Below, piece by piece: positions 1 through 11,954 of a DNA stretch of 64,000 bases (within the stretch, counting starts at the first letter, position 1; every line of letters begins with the position of its first letter). Below the pieces are notes generated by a model. That model did not search any database. It saw nothing but the letters and a program-made list of their open reading frames with translations, and was not told the DNA's origin. The position numbers and the translations under genes were made by a program. Source of the DNA: Octopus sinensis (Eukaryota); assembly GCF_006345805.1 (NCBI RefSeq), contig NC_043010.1, forward strand, positions 58,218,001 to 58,282,000. The letters run 5' to 3'.

Positions 1-600
1 CTGGGAGTAGATGACTGGCTGGTGAGAGCCATCCAAGCCATGTACAGGAATGTTGCCTATAAGGTGAAAGTCAGCAAGGAGTGATAAATCTAGTGTGTTG
101 GTAGGAGTTCACCAAAGATCAGTTCTTGGTCTCCTCTTGTTTGTCACAGTCCATCAAAACATAAGAGAGAAATTTAAGACTGGTTGCATTTGGGAGCTTC
201 TCCATGCCAATGACTTTCGTCCTTATAGATGAATATTTTGTAGAATTAGAGAAGAATTTTCAGGTGTAAGCATGGATGAAGATCACAGGGCCTTAGAATT
301 AATTTAGCAGAAAACCAAAATCCTAGTAAGCAGGAATGGAGATAAATTACCAATCTCTTCAGGGAAATGGCCCTGCTTGATATGTAGAAAAGGTGGAGAT
401 AGAAGAAAGGCATGGTTAGAATAGAGATAAGCAGAATGAATTGGGCAGAAAGTATTGGGATGGCAGGGGAAAAACAAATAACGACAACAGTAATAATAGC
501 TTCTTTGGTTTGCCCTAGGGGACATTACAAGGATGGACAACAATCTGTGTGTGAGTTTACCTATAAGATGAGGAGAAAGACATGGAAAAGATGGTGAAAA
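1..600 (+). mobile_element. Degenerate RTE-clade LINE fragment (RT C-terminal part), running in from the window edge
   Basis: Colinear with 55330-55930 of the RTE copy (CTTGTTTGTCACAGTCC~CTATTTATCATAGTCC, GAGCTTCTCCATGCCAATGAC = LLYADD-like, KTKILVSR); many stops. Confidence 0.85.
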
Positions 601-995
601 GCAATAAGAGTATAGGTAGCATACAAAGCATGTGATAACATGAACGATATGGTTCTGATATGGGAGGAAGTCCAGTGAGGGTCAATCAGGGAAGCCCACA
701 GATCCTGGATTGCCCTGACCACCATAGGCATGAGCCCTAATCCTTTCTACTCAAAGCACAAGGTCTGAAAGTAAGTGGGGTGGGGAATAGCCAATAAACA
801 TCAATCCCAGTTCTCAACTTGTACTTATTAACCCTGAAAGAATGAAATTCAGACAATAAATGAATAATAAAAACCTCGTTAATGTCATTCAATTGAAGTA
901 GTTCCCCTTATAACTCCAAGGTATCGTTTATTTCTTCTGTGAATTCTGACCAATATTCAGTAAACAATTTATATTTATTATTATTATTATTAATA

Positions 996-1466
996 TTAGG
1001 TTGAGGAAAAAGTTCCTGTGCAGAGTTAAAATAATGCTTTTTTTACATATTTTTGTGGTGTGTGTGTGTTCATTCAGTTCATGTCATGTTCAATGGTGAC
1101 TCAAGACTTGTTCGTCGAAAACGTGCTTTGTTTCAACAAGTCAGTGCAAAGCCGCATACTGCCAGAAAGAGCAGCAACAAAATTGAAGAATTGGACGGTG
1201 TGGAAGTTCTACCACATCCAGCCTATAGTCCAGACATTGCTCCATCTGACTACGGTCTGTTCCGATCAATTCAGCACTTTATCAGCGATTTGAATTGTGA
1301 AGTTGAAGAAGCCTGTCAAGAAATTTTCGACTCAAAGCCGAAGGATTGGTACTCTGACCAAATCTCTAGGTTGCAGATCATCGGCAGAAGGTTGTGGAAA
1401 AGAATGGTCTTTATTTTGAAGAATAGTCGTTGGTTTTGAATACAAAAACTTTTTCTTTGAACCTAG
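996..1466 (+). mobile_element. Internally deleted mariner element with both TIRs and TA flanks
   Basis: TA|TTAGGTTGAGGAAAAAGTT at 994 and inverse AACTTTTTCTTTGAACCTAG|TA ending 1468; ORF 1053-1439 has KPHTARKS, HPAYSPDIAPSDYGLF (mariner YSPDLAPxD motif). Confidence 0.9.
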
Positions 1467-2063
1467 TATTACTAAGGTGAAAACAAATCAAAGCCATTGG
1501 CAGTGTGGAGAAAATGGTAATTTGTCTGGCTATACATTCTGAGTTCAAATTGTGTTGACTTTGCCTTTCATTTTTTGGGGTTGATAACTTAAGTACCACT
1601 TAAGCACTGGGGTTAATGTAATCAATTTACACACCCTCTCTTAAAAATTGCTGGCCTTATGCCAAAATTTGAAACCTATGTTATTATTATCATCATCATC
1701 CTTATTTCCTTTTTCCTCTCTCTCTCTCTCTCTCTCTGATCTATCTTTCATTTACTCTCCTGTTGACCTTAATATTTGATCTGGTTTATCATTTCAACCA
1801 TTTTTAAAATTCAGAATTTAAAATAAAATAAAATCTATTCATTTTGCAATATTCATAATGAAGCTAAAACGCATTATTTACATCCCTCGCATTTGATGAG
1901 GTTTTCAGCTTCTCTTCCATTAAACAAATGCCAAAAGGTGAAGAATTCTGCACTGGTTGAAGAAGCTCAGGGAAGAAACTTAAGGACCCAGTCAACATTT
2001 ACTTTGAGTCAACCCATCAGGAGATGATCCAGCAATGAAATAACAAAGTTATTTTAACATATA

Positions 2064-2563
2064 CTAGCAGTATCGCCCAGCGTTGCTCGGGTTTGTAAGG
2101 GAAATAACTATATAAGCATTTTTAGAGAGTTATAGCCAAAAAATAGCAAAAAAATGCATTAAAAATGGGGAAAAAAATGATGGTAAATTTTTTTTTAAAT
2201 CGTTGACTCATCGTAGACATTTTTAGAGAGTTACTTCCCTTATATAATAGCGAAAAAATGCATTAAAATGGAAAAAAATGATGGTAAATTTTTTTTTAAA
2301 TCGTAGACTCATCGTAGACATTTTTAGAGAGTTACTTCCCTTATATAATAGCGAAAAAATGCATTAAAATGGAAAAAAATGATGGTAAATTTTTTTTTAA
2401 ATCGTAGACTCATCGTAGACGCACGCTAATACCCAGAAGGGCTCGATATGAATCACGACTATAAGATACCCGGTTTTGGTTAAACTGCACCGCAAAATGT
2501 GGGAGTAGTTAGGAATCTAAATCGTAGGAGATAGACACACAACTTGACTTTTATATATAAAGA
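2064..2563 (-). mobile_element. Non-autonomous Helitron with three internal ~101-bp tandem repeats
   Basis: Minus strand starts TC(TTTATATATAAAAG), ends with hairpin CCCGAGCAACGCTGGG then CTAG, inserted between A and T; CGTAGAC recurs at 2212, 2313, 2414. Confidence 0.8.
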
Positions 2564-2571
2564 TATATATA

Positions 2572-2904
2572 GGCGCAGGAGTGGCTGTGTGGAAAGTAGC
2601 TTGCTTACCAACCACATGGTTCCGGGTTCAGTCCCACTGCGGGGCACTTTGGGCAAGGTTCTTCTACTATGGCCTCATGCTAACCAAAGCCTTGTGAATG
2701 CATTTGGTAGATGGAAACTGAAAGAAGCCCATCGTATGTGTGTGTGTCCCCACCATTGCTTGACAACTGATGTAGGCATGTCTACCTTAGCAGTCCAGCA
2801 AAAGAGACTGATAGAATAAGTATTAGGATTACGAAGAATAAGTCCTGGGGTCGATTTGTTTGACTAAAGGTGGGTCTCCAGCATGGCCACAGTCAAATGA
2901 CAAA
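2572..2904 (+). mobile_element. tRNA-derived SINE (family A) with CR1-like 3' tail
   Basis: GGCGCAGGAGTGGCTGTGTGG head, B-box-like GGTTCAGTCCC, tail CCAGCATGGCCACAG shared with the 3' end of the CR1-like LINE at 52266-52290. Confidence 0.8.
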
Positions 2905-2921
2905 CATTATATACATGCATA

Positions 2922-2980
<59 letters not shown>

Positions 2981-3080
2981 GAGAGAGAGAGAGAGAGAGA
3001 GATTGCAAAAGTGACAGAGAGTACTCACTAGCACTACTTTTAAGCCACCCTTTTTAATTTGTTTTATATATATGAAGGTA

Positions 3081-3345
3081 CATGGCTCAGTGGTTAGGGA
3101 GTTGCACGCACGATTGTGAGGTTGTGGGTTTCATTCCTAGACCATTGTGTTCTTGAGCAAAACACTTCATTTCATGTTGGTCTGCAATCATTTCGTCAAC
3201 TGACATGTGGCACCCATTGCACCTGTCCAAGTAATGTTGATCTGATGGAGGGGGTGAGCTTATGTCTACACAAACATTTGATCACTGTAAACAAATGTGG
3301 TTGTTCGATAAAAAATTGTCGGACCCTCATATGTCATCTAATGAC
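3081..3345 (+). mobile_element. tRNA-derived SINE fragment
   Basis: TGGCTCAGTGGTTAG A-box, GGTTTCATTCC B-box-like, TTCTTGAGCAAAACACTT core-like block. Confidence 0.65.
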
Positions 3346-3370
3346 AGGAGAGTCCATCATATATATATAG

Positions 3371-3558
3371 GAGAAAAGTTCACGAAAAAAACAAAAGACA
3401 AAGACAGGTGGTGTACAAAACAAACAGATGTATTAGTATAACATTCAGGAGTAGAAAAAGTCTTTTACGTTTCGAGCCTACGCTCTTCTACAGAAAGGGA
3501 CAGAAAAAAACAAGGAGAGAAAAGAAATGTGTGTAGTGGCTACCAATCTATTATGGTG
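3371..3558 (-). mobile_element. Short Penelope-terminus-like repeat carrying a hammerhead-like motif
   Basis: Pyrimidine-rich flank, hammerhead motif, T-rich tail running into (TA)n; same layout as 31321-31525. Confidence 0.6.
3462..3497 (-). ncRNA. Minimal type-I hammerhead-like motif, A6U core variant
   Basis: CTTT CTGTAGA A GAGC GTAG GCTC GAAA C GTA AAAG: helix I CUUU/AAAG, helix II GAGC/GCUC, palindromic ACGU helix III, GUA site. Confidence 0.65.
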
Positions 3559-4046
3559 ATTATATATATATATCTATAAGTAAACAAACAATGTGTACAT
3601 TGCACTACATAGATGTATCAAGGGTTGAACAGACAGAACAGAACAGGGAGAAAAAGTTAGACAAAAGCAGAGCAAATGGGAAACTAGACAAAAATTTAAT
3701 GAACGAGGAATATCAACAAGAACACGAAACATGGAGTATTTGCAGCTGAGTTTTCTTTGTCAGTCAAAGAGCCAAAATAACATGGTGGTTTCATGCCATT
3801 ACCATTGGCTTTAACCACTTCATTTGGGGAAAATCTAGCAAATGCCTACTGAGACAGAAACCGACAAGACATGGCGCAAAACAATGATGATATTTTGGCT
3901 CATTGACTGATGAGGAAAACTCAGCTGTGAATATTCTATGTATTGTGTTTTTGTCTCTATTCTCCATCCGTTAAGTTTTCATCTCCGTTTCCCGTTTGCT
4001 CTTCTTTCATCTATCCTTGTTGTGTTCTGCTTATTAAACATCTGAT

Positions 4047-4111
<65 letters not shown>

Positions 4112-4422
4112 TTCATTTAATTAGTCAATGAACTAAAATCGCTTGAGGGATGTGAACGTATCCTAGTTCACCAGTTTATACCAGCATTCAGAGAAAATCA
4201 AGTCTATTAGTTTATCTCCAAAATGTATAGGTATTAAAATAAACCTTTTTAAATAAAAAAAAATGAAGAAATGGCAACAACATAGTAAAATATTTTGCGA
4301 TAAGTGTAGGCAGAGTATTTATATATAATATTTGGACAAAAGTATCGATTATTTAAGGGGTAATTTACTTTATCCCTAGTAATATAATCAAACAACTGGA
4401 ATAATGGCATTATCATTATTTA

Positions 4423-4463
<41 letters not shown>

Positions 4464-4974
4464 TGCTTATAGGTGCAAACATGTCTTGTGTTTAAGATGT
4501 TCATTTTGCTTCCACCTGATCTCAGGTTCAATCCCACAATATAGCTCTCTGATCAAGGGTCTACTTCTGAAAGTTTGAAATAACAAATGCCTTGAAATAT
4601 AATATGGAAGTTATTTTTGAATGCATGTGTGAGGATAAATATATATATATTATATATATGCTTGATCCACCCCTTGGTCTCCTAACAGTTGACTCTGCTT
4701 GTTGAATCTTAGATTCAGCTTGTAGAAACATATATACATTCACATGCATGTATGTGCATGCAGGTATGCATGTGTATGTGTGAGTGTGCCAGTATCCATG
4801 AATACCGACACTTCAGACACTCACTCATCACCACAAGAGATATGTTGCTGTTTATATTTCCTTGTTGACATGACAACCGGTGACTCTATAATTTCTAAAA
4901 CATGGAGAATGAAATTCCCTTGCTTGTAAAGCAATTAAAGGTGTCTGAATAGAAGAGCCATCCATTCATCTTCT

Positions 4975-5345
4975 TCACCCTCTGTTTCTGGGAAGGCTAT
5001 GAAGTTAGAGTCCTCAGGTACTTCCTCCATAAGGTCCTATCAAGAGCAATTGCCATTAGACAGGCCTTCTGGATTCCCAAGCATGACCGACGGAGACTAC
5101 GAATATTATCCAATCATCTCAATCTTGGTCCACCCCTTGGTCTTCTGCCAATTGACTCAACTTGTAGAATCTTTCTTGTGATTCTTTCCTGTAACTTTCT
5201 AACCATATGTCCATGGTACTGGAGTTTTAAGCCCCCAGTAAAGCAAAGCATTAGTTGGACCTAAGAGGGTTCCTTAATTTCCAAGCTACTCACCCAGCTG
5301 AGTAACGTTGATGCAGGAATTGTTCAGTGGAACCCTGTTTCAGCC
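4975..5345 (-). mobile_element. Degenerate RTE-like LINE 3' coding fragment
   Basis: Minus-strand translation LKLQYHGHMVRKLQERITRKILQVESIGRRPRGGPR (RTE C-terminal YGHxxR...GRRPRGRP motif). Confidence 0.7.
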
Positions 5346-6820
5346 CCCTGTCTTTACAGTCATACTCTTTTAGTCATTACCCAACATTCACCACCATCGA
5401 TGGGGACAAACACAAAAGCGATTTGAAGAGCATTTGTCCCTATAATCCTCTCTCAAATTAATCCCATCCAACCCATGCTAGCATAGAAAACATACATTAT
5501 ACTCACAAACACAAATACTTATGGTGTTTAAGTGATAGAATCATCAAAGCATTGGACAAATGTTTATTTGCTCTGGATGTTTAGGTTATGAGTTCGATTC
5601 CTACCCGGATCAACTTTACCTTTTATCTGACTGTGTTGATAAATACGAAACCAGCACTTACAGGCTTCAACCCTTTTGTCTTGTGCCGTTTCTTTCGCTC
5701 TTAGACTTAGCTACACTGGACAGGGAGAGGGTTGTGGGAACCATTTCTAATAACCTCTTCTTCTGAAGTACAGGAGATGGGGTAGGGAGCTGAAATAAAA
5801 AACAACTCATCTGCATGTTATATAAATTGTCTAAAAAACCCTGGGAAAATTGGCATGGGTGGAGAGGATATTGTACTGTATCATTCCTTCCTCCAGCCCA
5901 TTAACATAATATAGGGAGTGTCTTGGGTATTTCATCCTGGGGTGATTAACTCCACCTCCTCCCCTCTAGGCCTGAAACTTCAGCTTTTCTTCCAGAGAAA
6001 ATCATAGATTTGAAAAGAAATACAGAGATAAATTGACCCCAGTACAGCACCGGTATTTTGTTTACTGACCCCAGAGGAATGAAAAGCAAAGTGAATTCTG
6101 ATGGGATGAAACTAAAAGGCATTTCGTTCTTCACAGCAACAACTGACCATTGATTGTTGGATATGGGTTCACACACACATGTATGTATATATGTATGTAT
6201 ATGTGTGCATGCATCCATGTGTGTATGTACGTAGGAGAGCTTTCAGCAAACAGCAAACATAAGCTGCTCCAATGAAAGTTGCCAACTGACCAAAGGTCAG
6301 GATACTCTGACCTCAGATGAGATGGGAAGAAGTTACTTGAAAGCATATCGGCCTTGCTGTGAGTTCAAGTTGCTGAATGAAAGCACAAATACTCTGGGCC
6401 TTTGTACTGGGCTGCAATTCACTTGATTTCTTCCAAAGGGAAACTCCCAAAAGCTAATACATCAGCAGCAGCAGCAGTGTTTCATGGCTGCCACATACAT
6501 ACTTACACATAAACACACACCTATATACATATACACACATATATGCTGGCATGGATGGAGGTCATTTCTATTCTCTTGGAATGCAACACCATATTTTGCA
6601 TGCATAGATGCACACACACACACACACACACGTATGTATATACAAAACAATGGAAGCACCTAGCATCATAGCATCATAATTTTGAAATATCTAGAAAACC
6701 ATCAAAAGCTTGTTTATTTTTATGTTTTTTGATTTATTATTAGTGTTGCTTAATACACTTTGCTAAAATGGCTGTTTCTTTTCAGATATCATCAGAAAAA
6801 GGTAATTAAAATTCATTAAA

Positions 6821-7047
6821 ATGACAGATCTATCGGACTTTCACAGAGGTCAAATTGTTGGTGCTCGTATGGCAGGTGCTGGCATAACAAAAACAGCCAA
6901 AATGTTTGGTGTATCAAGAAATACTGTCTCGGAAGTAATGACAGCCTTTGAGAAAGAGGGAAAAACCTCCTTGTTGGAACAAAACTCCAAATGAAAACCC
7001 AAACCTTCAGGTAGGGACTGCTGGACTCTTACGCAAATTGTTAGAAA
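6821..7047 (+). mobile_element. Tc1-family transposase N-terminal (paired-like HTH) fragment
   Basis: MTDLSDFHRGQIVGARMAGAGITKTAKMFGVSRNTVSEVMTAFEKEGKT, stop at 6992, then KPKPSGRDCWTLTQIVRK. Confidence 0.85.
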
Positions 7048-7065
7048 GTACAGCTTCTGTCTTCT

Positions 7066-7100
7066 GTTTCTGAAGAAGAGCTTTGCTCAAAATGTAAAAC
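7066..7100 (+). ncRNA. Decayed minimal hammerhead-like motif
   Basis: GTTT CTGAAGA A GAGC TTT GCTC AAAA T GTA AAAC; both departures from GAAAC.GTA sit at CpG positions. Confidence 0.5.
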
Positions 7101-7343
7101 CATCTTTCTGTCCTATGCATAGTATTTTTATATATATCATACATACACACTAACAGAGTATTACTTTGCTGGAGACACAGCTATAATATGCACATCTTAG
7201 CAACTGTTCCACCAGAATCAATAAAGCAATGCATGTATATAGTTTTCTCTAATCTATCAGCAATACTCACATCTTTGGTTTAACACATATATACATCATT
7301 CTATCACCTTTGTTTTAACACCACCTTGTGCCAAAATTTGAAA

Positions 7344-7375
<32 letters not shown>

Positions 7376-9194
7376 GTTGTTGTTATTATTATTATTATAG
7401 ATCTGTCAATGCTGCTGGTGTCCAGATGAGCATTTCTGACTTTTAAATGTTGAAGAGCTGTTTTCATGTGTAGGACAAATCCAGCTATCATTCGAATCCA
7501 TTGTGAAGGTCACCTCCTCCAGTCCTTGTTTAATAAGGCTGGGAATCTTTTTTCTTTCTTTTTTTTTTTTTGGAGTGTCGATGGTAAAAGAAGTTGTGTG
7601 GTAAATATGGCTGAACAGATTGAAAACAGGCAACTTCCTCTTCAATCAAACTCTCATTGGCTTTTCGAAATTCCACTCTGGAAAGGAAAGTGGGCATGTA
7701 GAGGAAAGTGGTGAAAATGGTTAGAATAGATGGCATTCTTCTAAGAATGTGCCTCTAGTGTAGTGAGAAACTGTGAGGCAAGGAATCATGCCCTTCATGG
7801 TTAAGATGATCTTTAAAGTTCCCTGACTGGTCTTAACTGAAGCCCCTTTTTTATCAACAGCCCTGGATCCTTAGTTCATTCACATATATTCTTCTTTACC
7901 GTTTATACTTATCCTTAAATTTCTATTTTCTTTTCTTTTTCATAATTTTGTGGAAAACTCACATACATAGCAATCTGTCAATTAAAAGATATCATCATCA
8001 TTGATGGGATTGATAAGGTACCAGTAAGATACTGGGAGCCAGTTCTACTGCTCCGTCCCAATATTTTGAGACATGGTCCAATGTTGTAAATCATCATTAC
8101 TACTCAAAGTCAACCAAAGAAAGAATCACAAGAATGAACTGAGCATTTCTGATACTGGCGAGGGTTAGGATGGGAAGCAGAGAGCAGCAAAGAGCAATGG
8201 CAGGGGTGGTAGGCTAGAGATCATAGCGAAGGGCACAACCAGCATGGAAAGCATGAGTAGGAGGGGAGGAAATAGAGAAATTATGTAAGTTTTAAAATAG
8301 TACTTTTAAGTAGAAGAACATTGGTCTGGCATAATCATCATCATTATCATCAACATCCTTGAATGTCTGCTTTCTCTACTGGCATTGGGTGGACACTTTG
8401 ACAGGATCCAATGTGTTCAAGGACTGCAACTTGCTCAGCATTATTTCTATGGCTTGGCACTCTTCCGAATGCCATCCAATTTACAGCATGGATTGAGTGC
8501 ATTTTCTGTGCCAATTGCACTACTGAGATTGCCATGCAGCTTGCAAAACTACTAAAACCCTGGGGGTGGGGTCAGCTTCATGCTAGAGGATTAGGGGGTT
8601 TTAACTATGAGGAGGTGGGTGGAGGTTCTTGAAGAGATTCTGCATGGCTACTCACATCTATTAAGGGAAAAAGAAAATGAGGAGTTGGGGCTGCAGGAGA
8701 GAGATAATGGAAATGAGGGGGCTGAGGTGGCCCCACAAGGCACAAGGTGATTTGAAGAATCAGTTGCACGATTGTACAGGAAGGAGAATAAGGGGATGGG
8801 GAGGTATACTGACAAATGCGTAGGGTTTAAGGGTGGATGAGTAAGGAGCCTTTAGGAATGCAGAAGAGATCAAGGTGATCAACACTGCAAGGTGGTGATC
8901 AATAGGTGTAGTAAAGATGATACAGTTATGAGTAGGGAGGAGAAAAGAGAGGGATGACATGATTGGGAGCAGGGAGTGGGGGAGAAAGAGGCAGACCTAA
9001 TAATGCATGGGGGGAGGAGGGATGAGTGACATGGGTGGAGAAGACAATAAATTGCACTTCCAGAACTCAGCTTTTCTGAGGTGAGCAAATCTTTTTGAGA
9101 ACTTCATATCCCTTGAAATCCTGGTCCTTTGTCATCTCTTCCTTCAGGCTCTGGGTCCTAAGGTCAACTTTACTTCACTCCATATCTTACAGGG

Positions 9195-9400
9195 TTTCCT
9201 TCTTCCACAAGTTCCAGCCACACTGAATAATCAGTTCTTTATACAGCAGTCCTCCTCCATATGCATCACATGTCCATACCAGCGCAATCTGCTTTCTTGC
9301 ACACTTCATCAAAATCCTCCAATACCCAGTTGTACTAATTCTTTTGTGCACATTCACATTGCATATCCAGCAAAGCATGCTTGCTTAATTTCTCTCCAGT
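9195..9400 (-). mobile_element. Degenerate RTE 3' coding fragment
   Basis: Minus strand SVQESRLRWYGHVMHMEEDCCIK...AGTCGRRKP, homologous to 56230-56365. Confidence 0.75.
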
Positions 9401-9559
9401 ATTCTCACGTCTCCTTCATATTCAAGGATCATAGCATATACATATGGTAGGGAGATTATTAAGAACATGTGATGACTGGAGATGAATGAAGCCTGTATGT
9501 TCTGCTGTTTTTGCAATATTAATGTGCATGTGCAACAAAGCGTAAATGTATTGAGAGAA

Positions 9560-9845
9560 GAGTAATCAGATGTAGCATACAAGAGAGTAAAACTGTTTGG
9601 TCATGTGATGTGTATGGATAGGGAGAGTCGTATGAAGAAGCGGATGGAACCTGCAAGAGAGAGACCCAGGAAGACATGGATTGAAGCAGTGAGGGCTGAT
9701 CTGAAGAGGCTGAGCTTCACAGAAGAGATGACAATGGACCTTGATGTCTGGCAAGATGAGGTTCTTGAGAAGACCCACCCACCTCAACAAAACTGAGTTC
9801 CAGAAGCAGTGAGGGCTGATCTGAAGATGTTGAGCTTCACAGAAA
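9560..9845 (+). mobile_element. Degenerate RTE 3' coding fragment with local duplication
   Basis: ORF 9605-9796 RERPRKTWIEAVRADLKRLSFTEEMT; GAAGCAGTGAGGGCTGATCTGAAGA duplicated near 9683 and 9803. Confidence 0.75.
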
Positions 9846-10109
9846 GGGCATCCAGTAATGGAAACCATACTAAAACTGGCAGTGGAGCTAGGGACAGTCC
9901 TCTGGCTTACCAGCTCCTGTCAAACAGTCCAACTCATTCCAGAATGGGAAACAAGAGTTAAATGATGACATTATGTATAAAACAGAACAAAAAATGAACA
10001 GACAATCTCAAGGTATCAAATCAATTTATAACAAGTTAAGAAAACATATTGAGTAAATATATGAATTTGTTTTGAAAGATTTCTGATGTGAAATTGTGTT
10101 GAGACAGAT

Positions 10110-10420
10110 AGTGTTATATTTGAGGAGGATCATATTCTTTACCAATTAAACACAGGCACCAAATATTTGGTCTTCACTTCAGCTTTATTACTATTATTAT
10201 CTTAATTTCTTTGTCAAAGCTCTTTCATCACGTATCCTGTGATCTTTCCAATAATTCTCTATTCCACACGTCTCCTTTTGAACAAGAGATAAAATCATTG
10301 AAGAGGTCACAAAATGTTTGACAAAGAAACTAAAACGATGATAATTAAGCTGAAGTGAAGACCAAATATACAGACTGTGTTTAATTGGCAAAATATGATC
10401 CTCCCCAAGTATAGCAACAT
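10110..10420. repeat. Head-to-head inverted pair of a short repeat (long imperfect hairpin)
   Basis: ATATTTGGTCTTCACTTCAGCTT vs AAGCTGAAGTGAAGACCAAATAT; TTTCTTTGTCAAA vs TTTGACAAAGAAA; related copy at 12603-12810. Confidence 0.85.
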
Positions 10421-10840
10421 GAGTAAATATATATATACATGAAAATATAGCAGGAAACCAGGAAAGAACTGGAAGGTGAAATTTCATAATGATTTGGGTG
10501 TAGACAGTTATATTCCAGGCCGAGGTAGAAGAGAAGTTCTTAGTATTGATTTGAATTGTGTAAGTAAAGTTCATGCTGTCTTTGGTGCAAAACTTGCAAT
10601 TGATAGAAAGATAACGTGTAGGTAGTACTTTACAGCTGTTTCTGAGATAGTTGTATATTAAATATGCAGATCTCTGCATACTACCTGCAGCACAGAATGT
10701 GACATGTAACTCATCTCATTACCATAATACACACACATGTATATTTTATGAAGAATCATATGTTCTCAGTCTTTTATTAATGTATTTTACTAAAACTGTT
10801 AAGATACATACATATATGTGAGTATGTGTGTGTGCATGTA

Positions 10841-10872
<32 letters not shown>

Positions 10873-10888
10873 AATATATATATATAGT

Positions 10889-11256
10889 GGAGGCGCAATG
10901 GCCCAGTGGTTAGGGCAGCAGACTTGTAGTTATAGGATCATAGTTTCGATTCCCAGACTGGGCGTTGTGTTTATTGAGCAAAAACACCTAAGAGCTCCAC
11001 AAGGCTCTGCCAGTGGGTGATGGCGAATCCTGCTGTACTCTCTTACCACAACTTTCTTTCACTCTTTCTTCCTGTTTCTGTTGTACCTGTATTTCAAAGG
11101 GCCAGCCTTGTCACACATTGTGTCATGCTGAATCTCCCCGAGAACTACATTAAGGGTACACGTGTATGTGGAGTGCTCAGCCACTTGCACATTAATTTCA
11201 TGAGCAGGCTGTTCCATTGATCGGATCAACTGCAACCCTTATCATCATAACTGGTG
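10889..11256 (+). mobile_element. tRNA-derived SINE (family D)
   Basis: GGAGGCGCAATGGCCCAGTGGTTAGGGCAGC head, TTTCGATTCCC B-box; body matches 38424-38735 and, inverted, 42810-42905. Confidence 0.85.
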
Positions 11257-11265
11257 GAGTACCAC

Positions 11266-11328
<63 letters not shown>

Positions 11329-11428
11329 ATGTGAACAAATGAAAGAAAGTGACCTTGAATATATAAGAGTTAGATGGATTCTGTGTAAGCTTGTGTAATG
11401 TGTGAGATCTTAATATTGTCAACTATGA

Positions 11429-11660
11429 GGGCAGCGAGCTGGCAGAAATGTTAATACAGCGGGTGAAATGCTTCACAGTATTTCGTCTGCCATTATGTTC
11501 TGAGTTCAAATTCCGCCGAGAATGACTTTGCTTTTCATCCTTTCAGGGTTGATTAAATAAGTACCAGATTTGCACTGGGGTCAATGTAATTGACTTAATC
11601 CCTTTGTCTGTCTTTGTTTGTCCCCTCTGAGTTTAGCCCTCTGTGGGCAATAAAGAAAGA
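11429..11660 (+). mobile_element. SINE (family B) with perfect 17-bp target-site duplication
   Basis: AATATTGTCAACTATGA at 11412-11428 and 11661-11677; GAGTTCAAATTCC B-box; related copies at 43273-43504 and 60122-60335. Confidence 0.9.
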
Positions 11661-11954
11661 AATATTGTCAACTATGAAACATTTTGATTTTCTTTTAAAT
11701 TCTTTTCACACACATACTCTTTCTCTTTCTCTCTGAATATCTGATGTTGAGGACATATTCATAACAAGCAAAACTTTAAGAAATTTACAGGTGAGTTAAA
11801 CTGGTATCATATCATATATATACATACACACACACACATACATAAATCATAAAATATCAGGAGGTATGAGGAGTGGAAAAATTTATATAACTATTTGTCA
11901 TCCTTAGAATTTCTGCCATTTCGCAGCCCTCTTCATGCAATAATGATTTCATCA

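Noticed and set aside
5281-5300. Strong minus-strand donor TGG|GTGAGT
   Set aside because: Lies inside a decayed RTE coding fragment
10443-10623. Plus-strand frame WKVKFHNDLGVDSYIPGRGRRE, superficially like a HECT-domain motif
   Set aside because: Spacing does not fit FxGEEGxDxGGxxRE, the acceptor is poor and no neighbouring HECT exons were found
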